64,000 nucleotides of DNA from Eledone cirrhosa. Lineage: Eukaryota. Shown here piece by piece: positions 12,696-26,562 of this stretch. The notes below the pieces were generated by a model. That model did not search any database and was not told the origin of the DNA. It saw only the letters and a program-made list of their open reading frames with translations. The stretch lies in contig OZ024743.1 of assembly GCA_964016885.1 (NCBI GenBank), forward strand, positions 261,826,001 to 261,890,000. Reading direction: 5' to 3'. The position numbers and the translations under genes are program-made. Position 1 is the first letter of the stretch; each line of letters opens with the position of its first letter.

Positions 12696-13523
12696 TTATT
12701 CAATTATAATACATATTCAACTACAAAACAATGTTTATCCTTCCAGATCTTAAATTAAACATTTTCTTGGGAATGGAAATTTCATTTCATAGCTGTCATG
12801 TTTCCTTTTATTCTTAACCCTTTTCATAATAACCCATCCCAAACCACCTATTTTAAAAGGTTCCTACATAAATTGAAACTTCCTTCTTAACATAAGTTTA
12901 TAGGAGAACCTTATCCTATGCTACAAATACCATCTTAATGAAATTATAATTTTAGTAAATCCTTTTCAAATTCTTCATTAATTAGAATACAAAATATTAT
13001 TAGATATGCAGTATTGAGGATAGAGGTAAAATTTAGTTAATGAGGCTTTGTTGATGTAATTTTATTATAGCAATAGAGTTTCTCACTCAAGATCTCTAGT
13101 TTGCATTCTGTGGGTGATGAATATATCCTCAACTGTTGTATAAATGTATATGGTGATAAATATACCCTCAACTGTTGTATATATGTATTTATTTCTGTGT
13201 ATAATTTTTTTTAATATGCGTATATAGTGTAATATTCAACAAGTGGTAAGAGAGCTCTAACTATACATGTGTGTGTATATATATACATATACCCACACAT
13301 ATACATATACACACATACCCATACAAATATAGCTGGAGGAGAGAGGAGGTAATTAACAGCATGTCTTATTCTTCATTTGAAATTCTAAGAAAAGGAGAGG
13401 GGGAAGGAGAGAAAAAGAGGGGTGGGGAGAGGGAGAAAAGAGGGTATGAGATGGTGGGTGATGGGGTGCAGAAGAGGAAGTTAACAGTAAATAAATAATG
13501 TATATTATTTATATCTAGTTATT

Positions 13524-13524
<1 letters not shown>

Positions 13525-13589
<65 letters not shown>
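13525..13589. repeat. (CA)n microsatellite
   Basis: Pure CA run of ~32 units. Confidence 0.95.
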
Positions 13590-13592
<3 letters not shown>

Positions 13593-13869
13593 TGGAACAA
13601 TAGGAGTATTATTGACATGTGTACACAGCTCTGGCTGGCTGGTGGTGAGTATGTATGTGTGTATTCTTTTACAGGTTTCAGTCATTAGACTGTGGCTATG
13701 TTGGGGCACCAGAGATTTAGTTGATCATATCAACCCTAGGACTTATTTTTCAAGTCATATTTTTTTCTTGTTGATCTTTTTTTTTGTCAAACTGGTAAGT
13801 AATTAGACATAAACATATAGTAATTGTAAACACATATACAAACACATACACAAATACACAGACACACTC

Positions 13870-14275
13870 ATATCATCATGTTTTTATGGTTGTTTTCCAT
13901 GTTAGCATGGGTTAGATGGGTTGCCCTGTTGTGAAATTAGATGGGTCAGATGACCACATTTTGTTTACATGTTCCAGTTTAGCATGATTTCTACAGCTGG
14001 ATACCCCTCATAATGACAGCCATTATTATCATCATCATCACCGTTTTACGTCCATTTTTCCACGCTAGCATGGTTTTGACGAGTTGTCCTGTTATGGGCA
14101 ATGCCAGGACAGGTGACCATGTCTTGCTCATACAGAACTGATTTTGGCTTGGTTTCTACAGCTGAATGCCCTTCCTAACACCAACCTCATTTACAGTGAG
14201 TACTGGGTGCTTTTTGTGACGTGTGGACTGGGTGCTTTTTGTCATCACACCTACATGACCACTTTACAGTGGGAG
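13870..14275 (-). mobile_element. Two adjacent short non-autonomous elements with RTE-type tails
   Basis: (CAT)n then CGTTTTACGTCC..CCACGCTAGCATGG and GCCCTTCCTAACACCAACC, the reverse complement of the RTE 3' UTR. Confidence 0.7.
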
Positions 14276-15274
14276 GGGTGAGGGCATGCTGTATATATGC
14301 TTCAGCTTCGGCCTGTACTCATGAATATTGAGTGCATTTTATTATGACACATAAAAATGTGTTTCTAAAAGCTGTACTCTTTGTATGGATATGAATTTAT
14401 AATATATATCTTCTTTAGTGCCCATCACTTTTGGTGGAGTCAGGGACATACAGTGTTTTTTGAGCATTTTAAAACCCGACGAAGTCCATCTCCTCTCCAT
14501 GTCTGAAGGCAGCCAATTTTTTCCAGAGGAGGTGAGAGAGTGTGATTTTATAGCTACTTTTCATTCTGGCATGGGCTAGTCAGTTTGTCATAGTCAGAGA
14601 CCAGTTGGGTGAAAGCAATCTCTTTTGCTTATATATTTGTATATATAACCATTATCATTGCCACCATATAACGTCCATGTTTTTCCATGCTAGCATGGGT
14701 TAGATGAGTTGTCCAGATGTGAGCCATGCCAGAGCAGATGACCATCTCTAGCTCAGACATAAATTTTGAGGAATTAGATCGATTTAATATCACAAAAGCC
14801 AATGCAATTTACCAATCAAGATTTTTATAAACGGCTCACCATATGAGTGTGGGTGTGAATGTGTATGTATATTTGTGTGTATGTGTATGTATATTTGTGT
14901 GTATGTGTATGTATATTTTCATATGAGTAAGACTCATTTGTCTGATTTGTCTAACCTCAGAGCTTAAAATAGCGATGATGGTGTATATTTTTGATATAGA
15001 TATGTGTTTATACATATATCATCATCATCAATATATACATACATTATTTATATATATATATATGTACATCAATACTCATCTTTTTCCATTTCTCCGAGGG
15101 TTCTTAACCCCACTCTCAGGCTAAATAATTTCTTTAATTTCTTTAGTCAAAATACGGCGATAGCTTACATTTCTAATAATTTCAAACCCACTCGCTGTTT
15201 CGAGAATATTCTCACATATATATATATATATATACATACACACACATACACACATACACACACAAACACACATA

Positions 15275-15473
15275 CAGGGTGGGTCAAAAGTCACTTCTTA
15301 CCTATTTTTATTAATAAAACATTACAAATTAACTAAAAACTAATTTTTCTTGGGTGTATTTTTCCATAATTGGATCTTGTTTTCATTCAACTTTAATCTG
15401 AATGAAAAAAATTTTTTTATAATAATATATATCATGAATTTTTTCTATAGGAAGTGACTTTTGGCCCACCCTG
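15275..15473. mobile_element. Tc1/mariner-type MITE
   Basis: TA|CAGGGTGGGTCAAAAGTCACTTC ... GAAGTGACTTTTGGCCCACCCTG|TA: 23-bp TIRs with one mismatch and TA duplication. Confidence 0.85.
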
Positions 15474-15546
15474 TATATATATATATCCTAAACAGAGAAT
15501 ACCATGATGAAGCCTTATATAAAAATATCTTTTTCTATCTTTCCAG

Positions 15547-15663
15547 TTTTCTAAACAGACAGTACTTGACAGTTATCTTTCCTTTGTTGATAATTACAAG
15601 AAATCTGGTAACGTTCTTGAAAATGACTTGTTGACAAAATCTTCAATCTCGAAATTTATTGAG
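15547..15663 (+). CDS. ARHGEF17: RhoGEF ARHGEF17-like, coding exon B (DH domain)
   Basis: ttccag|..|gtaagt, 117 nt, phase 0/0; FSKQTVLDSYLSFVDNYKKSGNVLENDLLTKSSISKFIE. Confidence 0.85.
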
Positions 15664-17829
15664 GTAAGTGGTTTATGCATGCATATACAGATACACATGT
15701 AGATGCAGACATACACTCACACACATGCAGACATACTCAGACACACGCAGTCACACATATTGTTTCTATCATTGTATGTTGGTCTCATTATGTCTCTCTT
15801 TTTATATTTGTCTGTGCCTGCCACTCTCTGTATCTGTTTCTCTGTCTTTCATTCTCTCTCTCTCTCATCAGTTATGTTCTGGCCTGGAGAAGGATGTGTT
15901 CTCTACCAAGTTAAAAAAACCAAAGACATACTCTGTGTTAGCATGATGCCCCCTAGTTTTTTTTTTTTTTTTTTTTTTTTATTGAAGGCCAAGATCTTTG
16001 AAACATTCGACTTTCTTTTGCTCCTCAAGTCAATTGACCTTATTATTCCACAAAATCTCTTTCGATTAATTTCTGACAAAGCAGACCTTCACCAGTATCT
16101 TTGGAGTCTGGATTCTACTCTAACAAAATCCTGCCTGCCTCTGAATCCTAAATCCCCCCCCCCCCCCAAAAAAAAAAACTGGTGAGGTTTATGGTCAGTT
16201 TATCAGTTTGAACTTGATCTCTATGGGGGGGGGGGGGGGGGGGGTTGTAGAAAAGGAGTGAGAGGGAGGGAGTTCTGGGTGACAGCAGTTTTGGGGAGGA
16301 AGGATTTGATAAATCTGTTTAGTGTAGGGGATGTGATGGTGGTGGTGATGAGACAATGCTGCAATGATGATGGGAAGAAAAGTAGGTGTGTTGGGTAGGC
16401 TTAGGTTATACATAGCTTGTTAGTTCAAAGGAACAGAAGTCCTTATAGTTTGCAAGTAAAATAACCAGAAAGAGGGAGGAAGCAGTAAATGAATGTGTTT
16501 TTAGTGCAGTGTGTTAATCTTTGTCAATCTACTAGGCATGTGAACGTCATTAAAATGGTGTGTTGTTTACAGTTATTCATCTATAGCTATTTAAAAACTG
16601 ATTCTTTAAGAGTTTTAACCCAAGACTACTGTGCACTGCTGATAATAAAATACAAACCATGAAACATTTGGTTGATGGCCCAACACACTAACCACTTTGT
16701 CCGATGTGATTATTAATGCATATCTTCTTCCTCATGGCATAACATTTATATCTCTATTTGAACTCTTTGCATTACTATTTGTTGATACAAATCAGTATTA
16801 GGTTCTTGGGATTCCACTGTTTTACTATAAAATTGCTCGTCATATATGTTTATGTCTGTATATCTGTGTGTGCTTATTGCGTTAGAAGAAGTGCATTTAT
16901 ATCTGTATGCATATAATCATTGTGTTGTAAACACATTCAAAAACATCTTCAGTTATATCAATTTTATCTAACCCTTCATAAATCAAAAAGGATCACTCAG
17001 CAAAATACTATTTTGTATTGAGGAAACCTCTATGTGCTCATTTGACATGCTTACAGCCAAATCCCTCTCTATTGCCTTAAAAAAAGGAAACACATTCAGT
17101 ATTGTATTGATCATCATGTCTGCTTTTCATGCTGGTTTGGATTGGTTTCTCATTACAGTCAAAGACAAGGCAGTTTGAATAACCATGCCTTACTCATATG
17201 TTCCATATTTTGGCATGGTTTCTGTGGCTGAATGCTCTTTCTAGAGCCAACCATTGTACAGAGTAGACTAGGTGCATTTCAATGTGACATTACTACTCTA
17301 GAGTAGATTGTTTTTTTAAATTGTCATGGCTAGAATGAATCGTAGGTCTGCTCGATCATACTGATCTGGGATCAAACAACAGCATCTTTGTTTATATTTC
17401 ATTCAAAACAATCTAAAAAAAACATACAAACAAATGAAACATTTACAGTGATCCAAACATTTATGTATTTAATAGATTTGTGTGCTTATGATCATATATC
17501 TGCTTATATACATATGCTTATATAGATATTTAAAAGCAATGCATAAACGTGAAGAAGTCAAGTTCAAAACAGCAGAAATCTCAATTACTCTCTTGTATTT
17601 GTAACAGAAATTGGAATGTTCACATAATCTTATCGAAATACACATACATACACACACAAACACATACAAACACAACTATGGATATAATATAGTAGTGGTT
17701 AAAGCATCTTTGTTTAAAATTACCTTTCACCATACCTACATAGTGATAATAAAGTTTGGTTTGGTGGCACTCTTTCACCATACTTACATAGTAATATTAA
17801 ACTTTGGTTTGTGGCAGTGATTTCTGCTA

Positions 17830-19560
17830 CATATACAATCACTTCAGTGTTGCCTGATTTATTAGGGGTGTAAGCTTTTGTTTCTATATGGTCAGTTAGC
17901 CACAGTTAATTTAGTTTGTTTACTTGTTTTAATTTTTTTTTGTATTGGAAGTGCAGCTGTAACTCACTTTAATTCTGTTTCTTTTAAATAGTTTTCTATG
18001 ATGATAGCTAATTGGGAAATGCTTATCTATTAAAGCTTGGACGTTTTTGGCAATATTGGACTTAATGGTTAAGAAAAAAGAGGTGTGAACCAGATGTTAT
18101 AATGTCTCTTCTTAGTGTTGGGTGTCAATGATGATCTTATCTATGAATTCACAAGCTTCTAATACTTTGTTATAATGGGGTGGGGCCTGAAGATTCTTTT
18201 ATTTGATGACAGGTTGGAGATTCTTCTACTGATACTATTAATCAGGTTTTTGAAAACTATGAGTGGAAGTCAGGAATCTATATTAATATATGTGAGTTTT
18301 TCATTAGGCTTGATGTTTGGTGTGTATTTGACTGAGTTAGTTGGGTGTAAACATCTAAAAAATTTACGATACTCTATCTTAATAGTGATAGTTATTTTTA
18401 GGCTGAAATATTTGAAGATGTTGATAATGTATCTCATATATGTCCATTGGTGTGTTGAGATAACCAGCCTGCCATCTCTATGTAAGGTATATTTATTGCA
18501 GTAAATTTCTTACTGAGTGTATTTAACCTTCAGTACACTGAATTCTTTTATGAATTGCTTCCCTTGACACTGCATTATGTATTAAGGGAAGATTACTCTA
18601 TTGTCGCAATTTGTTGCCGACAGTGCTTTAAAGGTTAAGATGCATATTGACAAGCTTGCACTGATCTCTACACTGTCAAAGGAAATCTGAGTTGATTTTT
18701 TTAAAATCTAGGCAAAATCTTTATCAAAGAGTAGTTCTAGCATGCATAATGATATCTGCCATATTTGCTGGCTTATTAGTTACATAAAAAATAAAAAAAT
18801 TCCTCATGTCTGATGGGAGACTGAACAAAGGGTGAGGACAATCATGGTTAAAAAAAAATTAGTTTTATTACTGTTAGTATTACTAATACAGTAATACAAT
18901 TAATTGTTTCTACTTTTTGGCACAAGGCCAGCAATTACCCAGTGTATTACTGGTACTTTATTTTATCAACCCCGTACGGATGAAAGGCAAAGTTAACCTC
19001 AGCGGGATTTGAACTCAGAATGGCAAGGGGCGTAACTCTACACGTCAAAGCATGGTGTCCGACCCTCTACCGATACTGCCAATCCAATTAATATAAGCAA
19101 AATGATATCGAACGTATATGAGTTTCTGAGAAAACAATGAAATGTACTAAAATTCTTTTTTTCTCAAAATGTCCTTGTAAAACTGGAAGGGGGAGGGCAT
19201 CCAGTATATCAACAAATATGGTGTATCATCATTTATATTATTATATATCTTAGTGAATTCTAAGGTGTTGATGAGTAGAGGTTTAGAAATAGTCACAAAA
19301 TATGACAAACAAGTTAATGGCTGTACAACTATTATCCCAGTATTGGAGACTGGTTGACTTCCTAACATTACTTCTAATTTTGCTTAAGATTTATTTACTA
19401 ATTAATCTAATCTTCGTTATTGAGGGATTAATCAATCTACATTTGGAATTGGAGGCAAAATTCTCCTTGTTCTTAAGTGTGATTTACACTTCATGTTTAA
19501 CTAAACCTTCTAATCTTTTGTCTAAGAGATAATTTTAATCTATTGTCTCAGTTACAGTTT
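17830..19560 (-). pseudogene. Degraded Penelope-like element reverse transcriptase (Naiad/Chlamys-like)
   Basis: Minus-strand remnants ITLKNKENFASNSKCRLINP, VNFLDV, KPNEKLTYINIDS, ISRRISNLSSN, LIDKHFP..KLFKRNRIKVSYSC; many stops and frameshifts; interrupted by a SINE. Confidence 0.75.
18900..19090 (-). mobile_element. tRNA-type SINE inserted in the Penelope-like remnant
   Basis: CTGGTACTTTATTTTATCAACCCCGTACGGATGAAAGGCAAAGTTAACCTCAGCGGGATTTGAACTC. Confidence 0.8.
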
Positions 19561-20801
19561 TTGCTTCAACATTTGTTACTGGGATGTAAAATTGACGATG
19601 ATGATAAGTCTAGTATAGGGGCATTAAACTCAAGGACTCAAAAAGGCCATTACATCCTAGCAAAGAGACACAGCAGGTCAAAAGTGGATGGAGGAGACGT
19701 GATTTTCACCAGTTATAATGCAGCTGAAAGGCTGCTATTTATTTACTTTATCAAAATGAATTAGCATATAAAAGTAAGTTGGATATGGGAATTATTACAT
19801 TTTTGTTTCATGTATTCCTTAATTAGCCATGAAAATTGTTCTGATGCAGGCCATAGAAAAGTAGTTTGCAAGCTGTGGGCCACATATTTGAGATCCTTAG
19901 TTTAGTACTTGTAAAAAATAGCAGGGTTTATATTGATATGGAATAACTTATGCAAATTTGATTAATAAGGTCACGTGTCAGTATTTAAATATTAAGAATA
20001 TTACTGAATCTTCTTAGGTTGTCTGTCACCATTCATTCTTATTGTCTCTTCTTCTTTTCTTTCACTCTTTTCTTTCACTCTTTCTTTCTCATTCAGTCTT
20101 CAAAATATTTCTGACACTATCGTAACCCTTTTATTATCATATTTCTAATGAAATACATTCTATGATTTTCAAATGAATTTTTGAAAATTATCAAGATTAA
20201 AATTTGTGGTGGTGGTGGTGGTGGTAAGAGTGATAGTGGTGTTAGTATTGGTGGTGGTGAAGGTAGTTTTCATTTTGTACTTGCCATTGTTAGTGTTGTT
20301 TTCTCTTTGGTGTTGTAGCAATTGTAGTAGTAGTGGTGGGTGTTGTTGTGTTGGTTGTTCTAGTGGTGGCAGTAAATCATTGTTGCAGTGGTTGTTGTAA
20401 TGGGGGTAGTAGTAGTAATGGTTATTGTTACTGTGAGTGATGTTATTGTAGCTGGATGCTGTGTGAAGTCATTCATTTTCATTATGTACTAAGGAGACTC
20501 CCCTTCTCTCACTCCTCTCCCTCTTCTCATTTCTCACTCCCCTTCATCTCTCTTCTTTCACTCTTTTTCAGTCCTCTCTCTCTTCTCTCTCTCTCTCCCT
20601 GTTCTCTCTTTTCTCTCTCTCTCCCTGTTCTCTCTTTTCTCTTTCTCCCCTTCCTCTCTCTTCTCTGTCCTTTAACTCATCTCACTCTCCTTTAACTCAT
20701 TTCTCCTTTAGTCCTCTCTCCTCACTCTCCTCTCAATCCCTCTCTATCTCTCTCCTCACACACCACTCACAAATGTTCACATGTCTCTCTATCTCTTTCA
20801 G

Positions 20802-20894
20802 CAATGTCAAAGAGAAAGTGGTAGTAAACTTTCTCTGAAAGATCTAATTGCAAGACCAATCCAGCGGATACCCAGATATGAACTCATAATACAG
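20802..20894 (+). CDS. ARHGEF17: RhoGEF ARHGEF17-like, coding exon C (DH CR3 motif)
   Basis: tttcag|..|gtcagt, 93 nt, phase 0/0; LSLKDLIARPIQRIPRYELIIQ is the DH-domain P(I/V)QRIPRY signature. Confidence 0.92.
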
Positions 20895-20898
20895 GTCA

Positions 20899-20900
<2 letters not shown>

Positions 20901-20970
<70 letters not shown>
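20901..20970. repeat. (CT)n microsatellite just after the exon C donor
   Basis: Pure TC run of ~35 units. Confidence 0.95.
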
Positions 20971-20973
<3 letters not shown>

Positions 20974-21746
20974 GGCTCTCACTCTATCACATACACACAA
21001 ACTTTCTCTTACTCTTTCTCTCACACTTTCTCTCTCAATTAATTTTACTAATTTTATGTTGTTTTTGATTTGATATACATTTATTTGGTTTTGGTTTTTC
21101 TTTCTTACCTTATTTCAACTGCATTGCTGATTTCCTCAAAAAAATAGGAAAGTTGGTGGCCTGTTTGAAGAGGTAGCCCTGTAAGGTGAGGTGGCTGATG
21201 TAGCGAGTGTCTCTGGCCATTCTTCGCAGTAACACTTCTGCTGTTTTGTCCGCAGGGTGCGGATGAGGTACTGCTCAGACTGGAATGTAGTATCTGTCCC
21301 TCCCCCTCTCCTTTTCTTTCGTTATTTGATCCTTCTTTCTTTTTCTTTTAATTTTCTTTTTTTTTCTTCCTTTCCTGTTCCATTTAATAGTATTTTGTTT
21401 TTATTAGATACTGCTCAGTTATTTATATATAATGTCAATGGCTTTTCATGACATTGAGAGATATTATTTGTCTTAATTATGGCTAAAAAGAGTCAGAAGC
21501 TTACTAAAAGAGATATATTAAAAGAAAGATGGAGACATATTAAAAGAGAACAGGAGACACAGTAAAGGAGAGAGACACACATGGTAAAAGAGAAATACAG
21601 AGGTATGGTAAAGGAGGGAGAGAGACACATTAAAAGAGAGACAGAGACATGGTAAACATGATGGTATATTTCAATTATGATGAAGTAATAAAGTCAGAAC
21701 ACAAAATGATGTAACTACTAATTACATAGTGGTTAGTCTGGTACTT

Positions 21747-21979
21747 TATTTAGTGCAGTAATTGTTAACCCTCCACACTTGAGGTATTTAGTGCAGTAAT
21801 TGTTAACCCTCCACACTTGAGGTATTTAGTGTAGTAATTGTTAACCCTTCACACTTGAGGTATTTAGTGCAGTAATTGTTAACCCTCCACACTTGAGGTA
21901 TTTAGTGTAGTAATTGTTAACCCTCCACACTTGAGGTATTCAGTGTAGTAATTGCTAACCCTTCACACTTGAGGTATTT
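21747..21979. repeat. 38-bp minisatellite, left part (~6 units)
   Basis: Unit GTAATTGTTAACCCTCCACACTTGAGGTATTTAGTG(C/T)A. Confidence 0.95.
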
Positions 21980-24264
21980 TGTCCTTGCAAAAAGGGAAGC
22001 AGAGGATAGAAAGTTCAAGCATGTTCTACAATGTGAGGACCAAAAACATGAGGTGATCAGGATTGCTAGACAATGTGTCAAGGAAAACCGTGATATTGTC
22101 GGGGAGAAGTGTGTCCGTAATGATAACGGTGTACTTGCCCTTACTGATACTGATAAGAAGATAGCCTGGAAGTGTCACTACAAGAGACTATTAAATGAGG
22201 AGAATAAATGGGAAAAAGATAGTCTGCCCCAAATCGATCCAATAGAAGGACCAGCGGTGCAAGTTATAGGCAATCAAAGATATGAAGACAGGCAAGGCAG
22301 CTGGGCCTTCGGAGATAGTTGCTGAGATGTTGAAGGCATCTGGAATGGTGGGACATACTATGGTCATCCATATAGTTAACCAAGTAATACAGAATGGGGG
22401 CATACCAAAAGACTGGCGTAGCAGCAGCATCATCATTAACTGCTACAAGGGTAAAGGGGATGCTTTAGATAGGGGAAACTATAGAGGCATTAAGTTAGTT
22501 GACCAGGTCATGAAGGTCACAGAAAGAGTTATAGCTCAACTAATCAGAGAACGAATTGATCTAGATGAAATGCAGTTTAGGTTTGTGTCAGGTAAAAGTA
22601 CCACAGATGCTCTTTTCCTTGTACGACAACTACAGGAGTACCTAGCCAAACGTAAACCCCTCTACTTAGCTTTTGTAGACCTGGAGAAAGCCTTTGACAG
22701 AGTCCCCCACTCCATTATTTGGTGGGCTCTTAGAAAACTAGGTGTAGGTGAATGGCGTGTGAGAGCTATACAAGCTATATATAAAGAAACAGTCAGTAAG
22801 GTTAGAATTAACAATGAATATTGTGAAGAATTTAGTGTAAAAGTTGGTGTTCATCAAGGCTCTGTCCTTAGCCCCCTCCTATTTATTATTGCCTTTCAGG
22901 CTATAACAGAGGAGTTTAAGACCGGCTGCCCATGGGAACTCCTATATGCAGATGATCTAACTCTCATAGCTGAATCTATGGCTGAACTAGATAAGAAATT
23001 CCAAACATGGAAGAATGGCCTAGAATCAAAAGGCCTTAAAGTTAACTTGTCTAAGGCTAAAGTTCTAGTTTGTACAAAGGAAAATAGGGCACAGGTGCCC
23101 TCAGGGAAATGGCCATGCTCAGTGTGTAGGAAAGGAGTAGGCAGAAATTCCATTTTATGTCGCAAATGCAAACTATGGGTACATAAAAGATGTAGTGGGA
23201 TCACAGGTAAACTATCTGAAAACGTAGATTTTACATGTGGCCGTTGCTCAGGTGCAATAAGTAGCAAGTGCCGACAGGATACTAGCTCCTTCTATTGCTC
23301 AGATGGTTCTATAGAAATAGTAGAGGGTGCTCTGAAAGTGCAGTAGTCAGAACAGGATGGAAAAAGTTCAGAGAGCTTATACCGCTGTTGGCCACAAAAG
23401 GTTTCTCTATAAAAATGAAAGGCAGATTGTATGATGCCTGTATACGAACAGCAATGCTACATTGCAGTGAGACATGGGCATTGTGTGCAGAGGACCTGCG
23501 CAGACTGGAAAGGAACGAAGCATGCATGCTCCGTTAGATGTGTAATAGTAATATACGTGAACAGCAAAGCATAAATGAACTAAGTGAGAAATTAGGAATA
23601 AGAAGGATCAGATGCTGTTTACTTGAGAGAAGACTATGTTGGTATGGTTACGTGATGTGCATGAAAGACGACAGCTGTATAAAAAAGTGCAGGGCGATCA
23701 AAATTGATGGTAGTTACGGAGTAGGTAAACCCAGAAAAACCTGGGACGATTTGATAAATTCCGACCTTACACACTTGCACCTCTCTAAGACAATGTCACT
23801 GGACCGAGATCTTTGGCGCTACATAGTAATACAGAAGACCCACCTTGCCTATGTACAAAGTGAAACCTACAGTCAGTAGGCACCTCTTAACCAAATATAT
23901 ACCCCAATCCACTACCCTACGCTATATTCCAACTCCCACCAATACCACTCTCTCTCTATAAAGTTGGTACCACAACATCCAGTCCAAATAAATGAGATAA
24001 ATGAGATCGAGATCGTGTAGGTGTCACGAGAAAAAAACACACAGTCCACACTGTAATGTAACTGTGTAGGTAACACGGTAAAAAGTTCCCAGTTCGACAC
24101 TGTAAATGTGGTTGGTGTTAGGAAGGGCATCCAGCCGTAGAAAACCTGCCAGATAGTCCTATATGAGCGAGACACCGTCACCCGACCAACCTTGCCTCAA
24201 GTGGGACAACTCCCGTCTAACCCATGCTAGCGTGGAAGATGGACGTTAAACGAAGATCATGATG
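21980..24264 (+). mobile_element. 5'-truncated RTE LINE inserted in the minisatellite
   Basis: RT motifs DLEKAFD, HQGSVLSP, YADD and the C4HC3 finger; deletions and a stop; 3' UTR nearly identical to 63240-63613; GAT tail. Confidence 0.95.
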
Positions 24265-26121
24265 AATTGTTAACCCTCCACACTTCAGGTATTTAGTGTA
24301 GTAATTGTTAACCCTCCACACTTGAGGTATTTAGTGCAGTAATTGTTAACCCTTCATACTTGAGGTATTTATTGTAGTAATTGTTAACCCTCCACACTTG
24401 AGGTATTTAGTGTAGTAATTATTAACCCTCCACACTTGAGGTATCTAGTGCAGTAATTGTTAACCCTCCACACTTGAGGTATCTAGTGCAGTAATTGTTA
24501 ACCCTCCACACTTGAGGTATTTAGTGTAGTAATTGTTAACCCTCCACACTTGAGGTATTTAGTGCAGTAATTGTTAACCCTCCACACTTGAGGTATCTAG
24601 TGCAGTAATTGTTAACCCTCCACACTTGAGGTATTTAGTGCAGTAATTGTTAACCCTCCACACTTGAGGTATCTAGTGCAGTAATTGTTAACCCTCCACA
24701 CTTGAGGTATCTAGTGCAGTAATTGTTAACCCTCCACACTTGAGGTATTTAGTGTAGTAATTGTTAACCCTCCACACTTGAGGTATTTAGTGCAGTAATT
24801 GTTAACCCTCCACACTTGAGGTATCTAGTGCAGTAATTGTTAACCCTCCACACTTGAGGTATCTAGTGCAGTAATTGTTAACCCTCCACACTTGAGGTAT
24901 TTAGTGCAGTAATTGTTAACCCTCCACACTTGAGGTATTTATTGTAGTAATTGTTAACCCTCCACACTTGAGGTATTTAGTGTAGTAATTGTTAACCCTC
25001 CACACTTGAGGTATTTAGTGTAGTAATTGTTAACCCTCCACACTTGAGGTATTTAGTGTAGTAATTGTTAGCCCTCCACACTTGAGGTATCTAGTGCAGT
25101 AATTGTTAACCCTCCACACTTGAGGTATTTAGTGTAGTAATTGTTAACCCTCCACACTTGAGGTATCTAGTGCAGTAATTGTTAACCCTCCACACTTGAG
25201 GTATTTAGTGCAGTAATTGTTAACCCTCCACACTTGAGGTATTTAGTGCAGTAATTGTTAACCCTTCATACATGAGGTATTTATTGTAGTAATTGTTAAC
25301 CCTCCACACTTGAGGTATCTAGTGCAGTAATTGTTAACCCTCCACACTTGAGGTATTTAGTGTAGTAATTGTTAACCCTCCACACTTGAGGTATCTAGTG
25401 CAGTAATTGTTAACCCTCCACACTTGAGGTATTTAGTGTAGTAATTGTTAACCCTCCACACTTGAGGTATTTAGTGTAGTAATTGTTAACCCCCCACACT
25501 TGAGGTATCTAGTGCAGTAATTGTTAACCCTCCACACTTGAGGTATTTAGTGTAGTAATTGTTAACCCTCCACACTTGAGGTATCTAGTGTAGTAATTGT
25601 TAACCCTCCACACTTGAGGTATCTAGTGTAGTAATTGTTAACCCTCCACACTTGAGGTATCTAGTGCAGTAATTGTTAACACTCCACACTTCATGTGTTT
25701 AGTCTGGCATTTATTAACCCTTGACACTTCAGGTAGTTAGTGTAGTAATTGTTAACCCTCCACACTTGAGGTATCTAGTGTAGTAATTGTTAACCCTCCA
25801 CACTTGAGGTATCTAGTGTAGTAATTGTTAACCCTCCACACTTGAGGTATCTAGTGCAGTAATTGTTAACCCTCCACACTTGAGGTATCTAGTGCAGTAA
25901 TTGTTAACCCTCCACACTTGAGGTATTTAGTGTAGTAATTGTTAACCCTCCACACTTGAGGTATTTAGTGTAGTAATTGTTAACCCTCCACACTTCATGT
26001 GTTTAGTGTAGTAATTGTTAACCCTCCACACTTCATGTGTTTAGTCTGGCATTTATTAACCCTTGACACTTCAGGTAGTTAGTGTAGTAATTGTTAACCC
26101 GCCACACTTGAGGTATTTAGT
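24265..26121. repeat. 38-bp minisatellite, right part (~49 units)
   Basis: Same unit, head to tail, no unique spacers. Confidence 0.97.
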
Positions 26122-26378
26122 CTGGGACTTGACTACCGTATATATGCAAATATAAGGTGAGGAATAGGTGACCAAAAATTTGATGGTAGAAGGAAGGCAT
26201 ATCAACTTATATACACCATCTAAATAGTGTGTTGATTAGCTGCCTCGGCTTTTGCCTATTTCTCAGGCGTAAAACGGGAGGGGGTTATATTCAAGTACAC
26301 CTGGTAATTTTGTTAACACCCCACACTTCATGTTAGGGTTATAATAATAATAATAATAAAACATTCATTGACCTAGAG

Positions 26379-26562
26379 CAAGGTTTCCCAAACTTTTTCA
26401 AATGTGGGACCCTTTTTGGTTCAGAAACTTTTGGGGAACCCTAAAGTCTAATACTGTTACATGGTTGTAATATTAATATACTACTCTACTTTTTTTCATG
26501 GAACCCCAGACACTCTTTTGCAGAACCCTTGGGTTCCGTGGAACCCACTTTGGGAACCACTG
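26379..26562. mobile_element. hAT-type MITE inserted in an RTE RT remnant
   Basis: TIRs CAAGGTTTCCCAAA/TTTGGGAACCACTG; 8-bp duplication ACCTAGAG/ACCTGGAG; joined flanks read FIDLEKAFD. Confidence 0.75.

Noticed and set aside
15120-15218. Possible minus-strand hammerhead (GAGAATATTCTC-GAAACAG)
   Set aside because: CUGANGA and the cleavage triplet are missing; at most a truncated remnant
21140-21300. GC-richer island with an acceptor-like TTTTGTCCGCAG
   Set aside because: Exons C and D already join in frame; the minus strand weakly resembles a GIY-YIG tail (EQYLIRTLRT) but is too short to call
21747-26121. CRISPR-like regular array
   Set aside because: Units are contiguous with no unique spacers, there are no cas genes, and the context is a eukaryotic intron
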